Source: Sarea resinae
Lineage: Eukaryota
Direction of reading: 5' to 3'
NCBI GenBank assembly: GCA_026026165.1
Contig: JAPEUD010000098.1
Span: 1-64,000 of the forward strand
Length of the DNA stretch: 64,000 nucleotides
The notes beneath the pieces were generated by a model that ran no database searches, was not told the DNA's origin, and saw nothing but the letters and a program-made list of their open reading frames with translations. Positions 12,341-24,063 of this stretch are shown here, one piece after another. Every line of letters begins with the position of its first letter. Positions within the stretch are counted from its first letter, which is position 1. The position numbers and the translations under genes are program-made.

Positions 12341-13392
12341 GGAGGATCCGCTCGGAGCGGATGGCGAATACAAATCGTTGACTTTTGCCGCGTGAGAGGA
12401 TTATCTGTGCCGAGTGGCCGACTCCTATCAGGGAAAGTGCTGGGCAGCTGTCTATCAAAATCCATATCGGTAGGCTAGTTATGCTAGATCGGACACCCTG
12501 GCTGCAAGTTCACTGGAGTTGGAAATTTTGCATGGCATCCCGAGGGACCATTCGATGTCGCGAAACAATGGCAATGGGGGCTTTCTTCAGTTGCGAGACT
12601 ACAGATAGGTTGGGGTATATATATTAGTAGTATATACAAAGCATCTACGAGGCACGAGGCAGCTAGCTTGACCATAGATGATGTGCGGGATGCGATATTG
12701 AATTGCTGTCACACTGTGGCGCTGCATGCCAATAAGACATGGATGCGCATAGTTTCGAGTTTCTCGAAATGCAGACAGTAGAAAGCAGGAATCTGAATCT
12801 ATCAGACACCAGATTGACTTGGCTGCCACAGCGAATAATCATCCGAACCGGAAGGAGAGCTCCCTCATGTGTCTTGGTAGCAGATGACATTTGGTGATAG
12901 CGCAATCATGGAGCATCAAGCTACCTACTACTCCGTAGTTGTGAGTGTCCCCGTTCTCATGTTCGGCAAATGCAGAGGTGAGTCATGGTGAAGGAGAGGC
13001 CAACGGCTCCTGCAAAGTACGAAGTTACGGTGACGGTAGTGCGAGGTGAAGAGGTGAAGAGGAGACCCGTCTAGGTATTTCTATCGAGCCCACTGCAATT
13101 TAGCGATGGATGTCGTCAACCCAAGCCGCATTCGTATCGATAGGCGCGCACCTCTACTACACGCCTCCGTCAATCTTCATTTTCCGTGAAGGGCTGTATC
13201 TACAGAAGCTGCACCATCATCTCGAAGTCCTTTTCCAGCCGCAATTTGCGACCCAAATGCGGCGCTCTGTGTACACTCGGTCACAGTTCCTTTCCTTCCT
13301 CATGAGTGATCCTTGACTTCTCGGCCCACTTCACATTTTCTCGCATCAGTTGGCGCACCAACAAATAGAGATCTGGGGGCGACGCCGATCTG

Positions 13393-16300
13393 ATGGACCG
13401 GCAGAGGAAGCGTAAGTCTGCTCCTCAGCTTGAGGTATTTCTTTCATGCTGACTGCGTTTCTGACTTCAGGGGAATTGCGTGAACTGAACGCGAGAGCGT
13501 GGTCTGGCGAGCGTGGTAGGTCTTACTATCTGCGCACTGTGGAGCTTAACAAAAACTGATGATACGATTAGATGTCTTCCCAGTCAGCAGTTCACTCGAA
13601 TCATCTCTCAAGAAGAACACCGCCTTCATCAAACGACTTCGGACTGCCGTCACTGCTCCTACCCTGAACACTTTTCTTCAAGAGGTCCGCACATTATCTC
13701 TACACAAGTATCTTTCGGAAATCATATCGGCCTGCTACGAGGGGCTTTGCAAGGTCAAATCACCCGGTGATACTGCGGCTGGCGTGGAAATCGTCAGCGC
13801 ATTGCATCAACGGTTCGGTCCTGGCGAATTCACAAGCTATCTGGCGTGGTTTCTCGGGCGAGGATTGAGTACCCCAGATAAGACGCAACTCAAAGCGCTG
13901 GCACAGGACGCAAGAGAGAAAGAAGAGAAGGAGCGACTTGCCAGACACCGCGTATTATTGAAAGTCGTTACGGAGCTATGGCTTGTGGGAGTCTTGCGAA
14001 GTCTGGAGGACGTGGCTAGGCCTGAAGACGCTCGGACGGGCAAAGAAAATGTCGGGCCAATCGGAGGCAGAAAAGAAGATGGACCACTTAAACCCAAATC
14101 TGGACAAAACGGCGCCCGTGCTGACGGAGATATGGATGCGGAGCCCTTCCCGCTTGAGGTCTTGAAGGATCTCTTGGGCTACGATAGGGAACATGCAAAT
14201 CTGCCTCTCGTGGTTTTGTTCGTCAAGAGCTTTGGCTGGGATGTTCTGGGTGCAAAGTCAGCTGCTGCTGATGGGAGAAAGAGTGTGGAGGAAGATGGGG
14301 CGGTTAAGGCCGCGGTAGGTGAGGGAGAAGACGTTGGCGCCACGGACGATGCTAGCGCCACTACCAATGACCCTTCCCTCACCTCACCAGAGCTCCAGCA
14401 GCGCTTTAAGAATGTCCTTAGCCGTTATTTCGAGGACGTCAAGGCCCACATTGTGCGAAATCAGAAATCCCTCTCCAACCAAGAACGTCGCAATGCCGAA
14501 GCCTACGTGAAGTCCGGTGAGGTCTTTGAAGACCGTCAAGCCAACTACGACAAGCAACTGAAGGCCCAGGAGAAGCTGGTAGCTAATGCGCAGGTGCTTT
14601 GCGATGCGCTTGGGGCCGAGATGCCAGAGCTCAAAGAGAGCAACGCTTCTGACGCCGCTGATGGCAGTGGTATTGGACTAGTGAAGACGGGCGAGTATTT
14701 GAGGGGCCAGAGCGAAGGTGCGGGTATCTGGGAAGACGAGGAAGAGCGTCGGTTCTATGAGAATCTGGTAGATGTCAAGGATAGGGTGCCTGGAATCTTA
14801 CTCGAGGATGGCAAGAAGAAGAAAGCCGAGAATGAAGAGCAGGTTGGCAAGAAAGTCGATACGAAGAGTGCAACTGGGGATGATTCAGAATCAAAGGATC
14901 AGGCTCCCGCATCAGAAATGGGGGCCGATTCGAAAACAGGGGACACGGACGACCAATCTACCGCGATCGCCAACAAAACTGTTGGCGCTCAAGTCGATGC
15001 GCTGTTAGCTCGTCTTCCAGAGATCACGAACAAAGAGCTCGTTGACGAAGTGGCAGTCGACTTTTGCTTTCTGAATTCCAAAGCGTCGAGAAATCGACTG
15101 TTGAAAGCTGTACAAGAGATCCCCAAAGGGCGTTCAGACTTGCTACCTTTCTATTCGAGGCTTATTGCAACACTAGGCAAATATATGCCCGATATTGCAC
15201 AGGGATTAGTCACTTATCTCGATGAAGAGTTTCGAAGCCTCCAGCGCCGCAAACAAAAGGACTTCCTCGGGCAGGTCCGCACAAGCAATGTACGCTATCT
15301 TGCCGAATTGACCAAATTCGGAGTCGTACCTGAACATGTCATCTTTCATTGTCTGAAAGTCAGTCTCGACGACTTCTCCAGGATGAATATTGAAATCATT
15401 GGTAACCTGCTTGAAAATTGTGGGCGATATTTGCTCCGCAACCCTGAGACAGCGCCGAGGATGAACTCCTTCCTGGAGACACTGCAACGTAAGAAGGCTG
15501 CGCAGCACCTTGGACAGCAAGAGAGGATGTTAATCGAAAATGCCATCTACTATGTAAATCCTCCGGAACGAGCAGCGATTCAGCAAAAGGAACGAACCCC
15601 TATGGAGCTTTTCATCCGGAAGGCTCTTTACCTGGACATGAATAAGCGTAACTACACCAAGATACTCAAGCAAATTCGCAAGCTTCATTGGGAAGAAAAA
15701 GAGGCAAGTACTACTGTCAGCAATTAGCCCTACACAATGCTGACCCCTTTAGGTTGTCGACATTCTTGAGAAGGTGTTTTCTAAGCCTGGGAAAGTCAAG
15801 TATAGCAATATCCACCTCCTTGCCATCTTGATCGGTGCCATATACCGATACCACCAAGAGTTCGTTATCATGGTTGTCGATGATCTACTCGAATACATTT
15901 CTTTGGGGTTGGAGCAGAACGACTTCAAGTTCAACCAAAAGCGAATCGCTGAAGTCAAATACCTTGGAGAACTTTACAACTACAAAGTTATCGATTCACC
16001 GGTCATCTTCGATACGTTGTATAGGATAGTCACGTTCGGGCATGGTGAGATTGTCATTCAGCGTAAAGTAAGGAAGTCCGTTAACTTTGATTGTAGAGGG
16101 TGGCACACCTATTCCTGGACGGTTCAACCCCTTGGATATGCCAGACGACTTCTTTCGAATCCGCCTTGTCTGTACGATACTTGACACCTGCGGTGTCTGC
16201 TTCGATCGCGGCGCAGCAAAGAAGAAATTGGACTTTTTCCTGACCTTCTTCCAGGTAATCCTCTTGCCACGAGTAGTAATCAAGTTTCTCTGACATCTAG

Positions 16301-17375
16301 AAGTACTACCTTTTCACAAAAGATACTCTTCCCATGGATATTGACTTTATCATTCAAGATACTTATGGACTTACAAGACCACAATGGAAGATGGCGACTG
16401 ACCTTGAAGAGGCCGGCCGCATTTTTGCTGAATCTGTGGCACAGAATTACAAATCTCAGGAACCGGACAAGCTCGCCGAACCCGAAGAATCTGATGAGGA
16501 ATCGGTGTCTGAAGACGGCTTAGATGATGACGATCTTCGAGCGCCCGAGGTTGACGAAGGCCCCTCGTCTGGTGAAGATCTCGACGTAAGTAATTGTACT
16601 CTACAAATTCCTGAGACACCTTTCTGACAGGTCAGGGCACAACCGCTGGAGATGCTCAGCGCTCAGGTTCCGAGTCCGATGAAGAAGAGGAAGAAATCGT
16701 CGTGACTCGCCAGGAAGAAGAACGTGATCCAGAGGCCGAGGCTGATTTCGACCGTGAATTGGCCAAGATGATGTCAGAGAGCTTAGACTCTCGCAAATTC
16801 GATCGAAAGCCAATGTTTGACGTTCCACTCCCCATGCGAAGAGCCGGACGTGACGCGTCTGGCGCGGATGACAGCTCAGGGGAGGGCGCCGCCACGCCTC
16901 CTCCTACCATGGCTTTCTCTTTGCTGACCAAACGAGGCAATCGCCAACAGGTCGGTCCTTCATGCTCCTATCATCTCACCAGTAAAGCTAAACTGCTCCT
17001 TAGACGCGTACTGTTGAATTGCCCTCTGACTCTACCTTTGCGGTTGCCATGAAGACGCAACAGCAGGCAGAGCGAGAGGAGCAACAACGGATCAAGAATC
17101 TCGTCTTAAATTATGACCTACGAGATGAAGAGAATGATGGTGTGCCAGACCTTCAATACCATATACAGCCATATATATATACTAAGAGATACTCAAGGTT
17201 TAGATAGGCATGCTAGCCTTCATGCATCGCCGGGTCGGTTCGATAAGGCCGGCAATAATAGAAGTAACCAGCGCGCGAGGAAGTTGCAGCTTAGTGACGT
17301 GGACTGGTAAGGGAAAAGCTTTGAGAAGGGCCTATGATTCCTACTTTCGAGAAGCTGATTGCCAATAGGACGTGA
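13393..17375 (+). CDS. UPF2: Nonsense-mediated mRNA decay factor Upf2/Nmd2 (MIF4G domains), about 9-10 exons
   Basis: SLESSLKKNTAFIKRLR, GIWEDEEERRFYENLVD, RYLAELTKFG, LLENCGRYLLR, DDFFRIRLVCTILDTCG, acidic region and C-terminal EQQRIKNLVLNYD...LQLSDVDW. Micro-exon 1 is MDRQRK(R) from ATG 13393. The stop is at 17310 if the last intron is retained or 17375 if it is spliced. Confidence 0.95.
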
Positions 17376-20300
17376 TTATTCGCTGGCTTTTTGTCATTCA
17401 AGGCTTTGACATAATCATTGGGCTGGGAAATCCATGCTTCGATCAATTTACACCACGGCGACTACCGCGGCATCGTATTCGCCATTCTTCGGTCACTACC
17501 CTACCAGTCCCTGTTTGCGAAGGCCTCGGTATAAGGCCACACAGGGTTCAACGTCCTACGCGGACTCGTCGTACAAGTCGAGTTGGAGGCAGAGTTCGGA
17601 GAGGAATGAGCCACTCGGGCTAGGTAGGTGTCAATCTCGAAACAGCTTGGACGGCCACAATACCGTGGCATGAGCCTGAAGTGCATGTCGTGCGGTCGGT
17701 AAAGGAAAGGGGATGATAAATTGTGCGTGGTCTGAGTCTCTAGGCAGTGCATGGATAATGGACGGAGCGGGAGAGGGAGGAAGAGAGAGGAGCAGAATGA
17801 TCCGAAATTGCGCTCTCTTATCTATTTCTGTCTTTCTAGATCTGCGAAGCTCTTGCCATGCGATCCATCCGCTCCATGCGCATGGCTCTCCCACCGGGAT
17901 CGCGACAACCTTATAGATTGGGGTAATACTCTATTCATTATTTGCAACAGAAAGAGACTTGCATGACGGCGCGATCAATGAGGCATAGATTTGCCCCAGA
18001 GCGGATGCTGTACTTCGTATTCTGCATGTCGCATTCAATTATTGTCGATCATGTTTCCAACCGTGACAGACAGACATGCAATACGACTTTCTGGAAAGAC
18101 GATAGACACGAGATTTGGGACCTACATGGTATGTTACTCGTCTACGGAGTACTCTAGTAGGGTCGGTAGGGAAGGTGATCGCTATTTCTTGACACGTCAA
18201 TCGATACTATCATCTGCGTCTTATCCAATCAATCCCTCTATCGACACATTGAGTACTCGGAGTACTCCCGTCGTCCTCCCATCCATCGCAGCCCGTGTTA
18301 CGGCACGGCAAGATCCATTTTCTCCCACTGGTTTCCGGCAGCAGCAATTGATCAGAGGAAGTTTCCGACTATGCACCTACTGTAGGAGCACGAAGCTACA
18401 GATCCTTGGCTCCCTGGGCTCTTCTCTGCTCCAGCTGCTTGTGTCCAGGTTGTTTCTATTGTTAGCACCACCGCTCGAGAGACGTGCGGTATTGTACGGA
18501 GTATGCGTATTGACTGCGGCATCCAATGCCCTTAGTGGGGTATCCGGGTCCCCGTTGTCCTACGTCGGCGCCACCTTGGGCTACTCTACATATTACATCT
18601 ATCCATCTCTCCTTGTCCCTTGCATCACTGCTCGAGGGTTGGTACCTGTAGGTAGGAAGGGCGCAGGGTACTCCGGAGTAGAGGGTACTTGCTGAGATAC
18701 TGGTGTGGTGTTGGGATGGCGGTAATGGAGACTTGAAGGTGCTTGCCTTGCCTTGCCTTGCCTGCTCACATACTCCGGTAGCTCAGGTCGCGTTCGTTAG
18801 CTGTTACTACCACGGCTTACTCACTGTTCGTGCTCCCCGGCCATGAGGCCACTCCAGCTGTACAAGGTAGGTAGCTCCACATATGCATCGGGATGGACGA
18901 TCGATGGATGGAAGGAGCCTTTAGGAAGCCATCCAATGCGTCTCGTTACATGTAAGGCCGACTGCGATGGTGGTTGACCTGCATTCACGAGCAGATGGAT
19001 GCCTCACCCGCACGGATACGGCGAGCTAGAGCGACTCCATCAATGGCTCTGTTCGAACCCTCGAAACCCGACTTGGGACCCTCGCCCGACTAGGAAGGCG
19101 TGTCTGTGTTGCTCGTGCCTGTCTGGCCTATGACCACTGGGATCGTTGATGGGATTGACGTTTGAGCAGGAGAAGGTGCGACCTTGCTTTGCAGCTGGGG
19201 CCATCGACGTGTATCGTGGCAGCCCCGAGGTCTGCTCAACTTACCAGGCAGTTACCTTACCTTGCCTTCCTTACCTGCCTACCTACCTTACCTTCACCGT
19301 TCTGACTTGCTTCCATTGGGTCCCCTTCCTGGCCCCAGGTATTCGAGCGCGTTTCTTTTCCTCGCCTCTTTCTATTTCCGTCGTCGATTCCGCCGTTCCA
19401 AGTGGCTGGATAGCTGGCTCCCGTATCCGCTTCTACTTCCTCGTTCCTCTATTTCTGTTCTCCAAGGAGCATCAGTGATGCTTCGACACCTGCACATACC
19501 TCGAATGTCAAACTGCAAGGCGAAGCGCACGCTGTCGGAGAGATCGCGGCTTTATTGTCCATTCCTGTTCGAGAATGGCCCTGTCCTTTGCGGCCGTTGC
19601 ACGACATCTCTTGTACCTTATATCGTGACAGGGTTGGTGACTGACAGAGATCCGATCCAATGTGTGGAGTAGTCTTGTCTCCTCACCGACACGAACAATT
19701 GCATATACTACAAAGAAGTCCACTATTACCTACTTACCATTCCATTCTTATTCAGATCAAGCGACGGAGCCTCTTTCACTGTGGGACGAGTTTATGACCA
19801 GAGCTGTGACGATAGATATGATGATATGCTGATATTATTACTCGATACGACTATCCATACCTACGAGAGAGAAGAGAACCGTATATGCCATCAACACCTC
19901 ACCTGTCGTGACAAAGTTGATCGGAACTGAACTCGACACATTGGGATCTCTTGCATCCTCTCCCCTTCTTCCACCCTCTCTTGTTCCCTTTTTTGCCCAT
20001 CTCAGGGAATCTCTTTCCACTCGACAAGAGTTCGGTTGCGCGACCATCAAGTCCTGAGTGCTTGACACACTCACTAAAGGTCCGTCCCGAATCTTCACGG
20101 AAGTGATTGCTTCGAAGTACCAAAGCTGGAAGTAAATGGCTAATTTCAGTGAATGGATGCAGTTTGCCGCCACGAGATCAAACGCCTTCCCGTCACGCTT
20201 ACCTGCATGCTTCTGCCGATCCATCACTTTCAAACCTTTTCAGGTTCCCCGGCGCATTAAGTGTGCCTTTTCAAAAACGATCCTTCCACTGCAGTCTTTA

Positions 20301-20381
20301 CCTCTGGCTGCCAAATTCGACGTAGAACATATTGGCGGCATTGTTCTTCTACGCTGATACTCATACCCAAAGTTGTCTAAA

Positions 20382-23145
20382 ATGGGCCAAGACAATGGCG
20401 TTCCACCAATTACAGCACCATGGCCGGTGGCTGATGTACGTTAGCTCTGCGCTGGAAGAAGCACCATCGTGGAGAGCTAACCTTATTTGTCTTTCTCAGA
20501 TTGTCTACGTTTCGATCATGGGGGTGGTTATGCTTGCGGCATTCTTAGAGTGGTTTCTCTGGCTCGCAGCTTTCCTATACTGCTTGCTCAAGTGCTTTCA
20601 AAAGGCGGAGAAGTGGACCACTAGAATTTTGTCCCTTGTCATGGCCATACTATTTACGGTGTTGAGGTAAGGCTTGAGCTCCAACGTACAATCGTCGACT
20701 GACATTTCTTACAACAGAGGCATTTTCTTGCCCATCATGATCGTGACCCTCCCTCTTCCTTCCCAAATTACCCAATATTTTCCGAAGAAAATGGTGTCCT
20801 TTTTTCAATGGTTTGCGTTCTGGTCGTTCGCCTTCCTCTTGACGGTGCCGTGGCTATTTTGCGTCTACCAGCTGGTGACAAAATCTCTCGGCCGAAAGAA
20901 GAGGATAAAGGAAGTCTTGGATGAAAACACAGCACCAAAAGTCGTCATTGTTATGCCCTGCTATAAAGAGGTACCCGACGTGCTAATCAAAGCAATCGAT
21001 TCGGTGGTTGACTGTGATTATCCTCCATCATGTCTTCATGTGTTTCTCTCGTTCGATGGTGATCAGGAAGATGAACTATATCTCAATACGATAGAGAGAC
21101 TGGGAGTCCCACAGACCCTCGACACCTATCCAAAGAGCATCGATCTCATTTATAGGAGCACGAGAATCACGGTCTCGAGATTTCCACACGGAGGGAAGAG
21201 ACATTGCCAGAAAAGCACGTTCAAACTCATCGACAAGATATACACCGAATACCTTAAGCGGAATGATAACTTGTTTATCCTGTTCATCGACTCGGATTGC
21301 ATTCTGGACAAAGTTTGTATTCAGAACTTCGTTTATGAGATGGTATGCCTCAATTCAGAGCTTTGATTCCCTCAGCGTTTCTATATAAGCCATCATGTGC
21401 CATATCGCATTCAGGAGACTGACATTGTGATACGTCTGTAGGAACTGAAGCCTGGCAGCGAGCGCAACATGCTAGCAATGACGGGTGTAATCACATCAAC
21501 AACCGAAAAGCAGTCACTTATCACCCTTCTCCAGGACATGGAATACATCCACGGCCAATTATTTGAACGGTCTGTCGAATCCGGGTGTGGGTCAGTTACC
21601 TGCCTTCCAGGAGCTTTGACAATTTTACGATTCTCAGCTTTCCGCAAGATGGCCAAATACTATTTCGCCGATAAGGCCGAGCAATGTGACGATTTGTTCG
21701 ACTACGGAAAATGCCATCTCGGCGAAGATCGTTGGCTCACTCACTTGTTCATGATCGGAGCTCAAGGTCGCTATCAAATCCAAATGTGTACCGGAGCCTT
21801 CTGCAAGACCGAGGCTGTTCAGACCTTCAGAAGCCTTATTAAGCAGCGTCGGCGTTGGTTTCTGGGGTTTATTACAAACGAAGTGTGCATGTTGACAGAC
21901 CTTCGACTATGGCGGAGATATCCTATACTTTGCGTCGTTCGGTTCATGACGAATACTATTCGAACGACGGCTTTGCTATTCTTCATCATGGTACTATCGA
22001 TCGTTACCACCGAAAACAAAGTAACAAATCTGCCAATTGGTTTCATCGCGGTATCCCTTGGTCTCAATTGGGTACTGATGATTTACTTTGGGCTGAAACT
22101 GAGGCGCTTTAAGACGTGGCTTTATCCGATAATGTTCATTGTCAATCCGTTCTTCAATTGGATTTATATGGTCTATGGGATCTTTACTGCAGGCCAGCGC
22201 ACATGGGGCGGCCCGCGCGCAGATGCAGGAACAGCTGACGAGAATACCACCCCCCAGCAAGTCATTGAGCAGGCAAGGGCTGCCGGAGATGATCTCAACG
22301 TCGTTCCAGAGACGTTCAAACAAGCAAAAGATACTCAGCGACCCTTGCCCCTGCCTCTTCAGCCTTCCGATCATCTGCAAGGCCGGTTTGCACCGGCCGA
22401 GAGACTTCCTGGTGGATGGTATCACCAAGGCAACCTGTCCGGTCTTGACTCGGCAGACATGCTGTCTAGATATCCAAACAATTCAGATGCACCTCTCTAC
22501 GCACGCGACTCTTTCGATTCGTCTATCACCGTGGCAACGGCCAACAACTCTATGTACAACCCTCGCCGTGTTGAGAGTATAATGGATCCAGAAGCAACGG
22601 AGATCTACTATGCCAACCAAGCGAAGCAGCGCGAACCTGGGGGCGCGTACATGATGCAGCCCGGGGAAGAACAGCAGGAGAATCCTTTCGACGAAGGGGT
22701 CGATAAGGGTCATTGGACAGAGTCAGTTGAATCTGTTGAAGCTGTTGAATCAGAGCGATTCCTCCCTCAATATCAAGCCACTCCAGATCCAGAAACGAGT
22801 CCATACAGCCCTGCTCCATATAACCAAGCCCGAAATCTAATGCCTGTCCCTCAAACCGATCTCCCAACACACCCCGCCTTCTTATCGGAAGCGCATGCTG
22901 GTCGTGAGGACAGAGCACCCACTGCTTCTACTCCAGGCATTGCTGGCCGAAGTCCGCTAGGTCGGCTAAGCTTTATCAGGACGGCTCCCAGTCCCGACCC
23001 GGAAATCGAGATGCAGCAACAGCAGGAGGAGCGATTGATGGGATATCCCGAGGAGCCCGAGGAACCATCCGGTAACGTATCTGCATCGACTCAGAAAGAA
23101 GTGAAAAAGCGCAACAAGTTGATGAAGAAAGCGCGGAAAGGGTAG
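20382..23145 (+). CDS. chsD: Chitin synthase, class VI (Aspergillus ChsD-like), 4 exons
   Basis: GT2 motifs VMPCYKE, HGGKRHCQ, LFIDSD, TCLPG, LGEDRWLT, QRRRW and TWGGPRADA; N-terminal transmembrane segments and no myosin or cytochrome b5 domain, as in class VI enzymes. Confidence 0.92.
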
Positions 23146-23668
23146 CGCTCAAAGTGTATTATCCGCGATTCGTTCACGACCAGCTAGCTTTTCACGTCAG
23201 TAGTGTGTGCATACAGCGTCGGCGTTTCCATGTCCCTTTCTTCGAGGATCTCAAAAGTGTTTGCCTGGGAGCCTTGGATCGCCCCCTTTCGTAGTTCTAT
23301 CTCATACGCGTACAGCATTGACGACGGTCTGGCGTTCCTATCGGGTCCCTGGTCTACTTAGGTTGCCTCTCGCATTCATGGGTTGGCCGGCAGCGCATAT
23401 ACTTTTCTATAGCCATGGTTCTCCTGCAATCGATAGCTTCTCCATCGCTTGTGATGATAATACAGATGCTCTACTCGTAATTATGAAGGGAGTCCTATCG
23501 TTGCCCCACCGACTGCGACTGCCCCTCTCTCCAGATGAAGTGCGAAGAAGCTTAGGTAAGACGTCATCCGGATCGCATCTTGCCCGATCGAGGATGCGTA
23601 CCTCGTACCTTAGACGAGACGGATGAGGCTCTTGCGCTCTCTGGCTGGCCCTTTCCACCGTACCCGCT

Positions 23669-23688
23669 GGAAGGTTCGGTCTGATTCG
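23669..23688. promoter_or_regulatory. Putative gap-type heat-shock element
   Basis: gGAAggTTCggtctgaTTCg: GAA/TTC units in the 5-bp HSE register with one unit missing, about 380 bp upstream of the Hsp110 ATG. Confidence 0.45.
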
Positions 23689-24063
23689 CTCCCTCTTCGC
23701 TTCTACGCAAAAAAGTGCGTCAGGTATCCACGTCGAGCAGATGAACAATGAACAATCGGCCAAGTGTAAGGTATTAAGTAGTAGACGAGCCAGAGCCAGG
23801 TACAACCATCAAAATCCATTCACACCTCACCCACCCACAGACCCTACACACCCTCAACCACCAGCACACTGACCATTCCCTGATCACCGGCCAGCTGTTC
23901 AATCTCCACCATACTTGACTCATCCGTGAGACCTCACATACACGCTGCGACATCCTCGCAACTCCTCTCGTCGTCTCCCCACGTCCCTTCACGATTCAAC
24001 GTCAGTCTCTGCGGGCGCAATACTACATCTCGTCCCTTCGTGTGAACCGATTTCGTCAGAAAC

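Noticed and set aside
17991..18695. 234-aa ORF in the UPF2-chsD interval
   Set aside because: Non-ATG start, no recognisable motif, and it crosses several intergenic TACGGAGTA-type motifs; likely spurious.
19010..19075. GTTCGAACCC resembling a tRNA T-loop / B box
   Set aside because: The flanks do not form a T stem, acceptor stem or cloverleaf.
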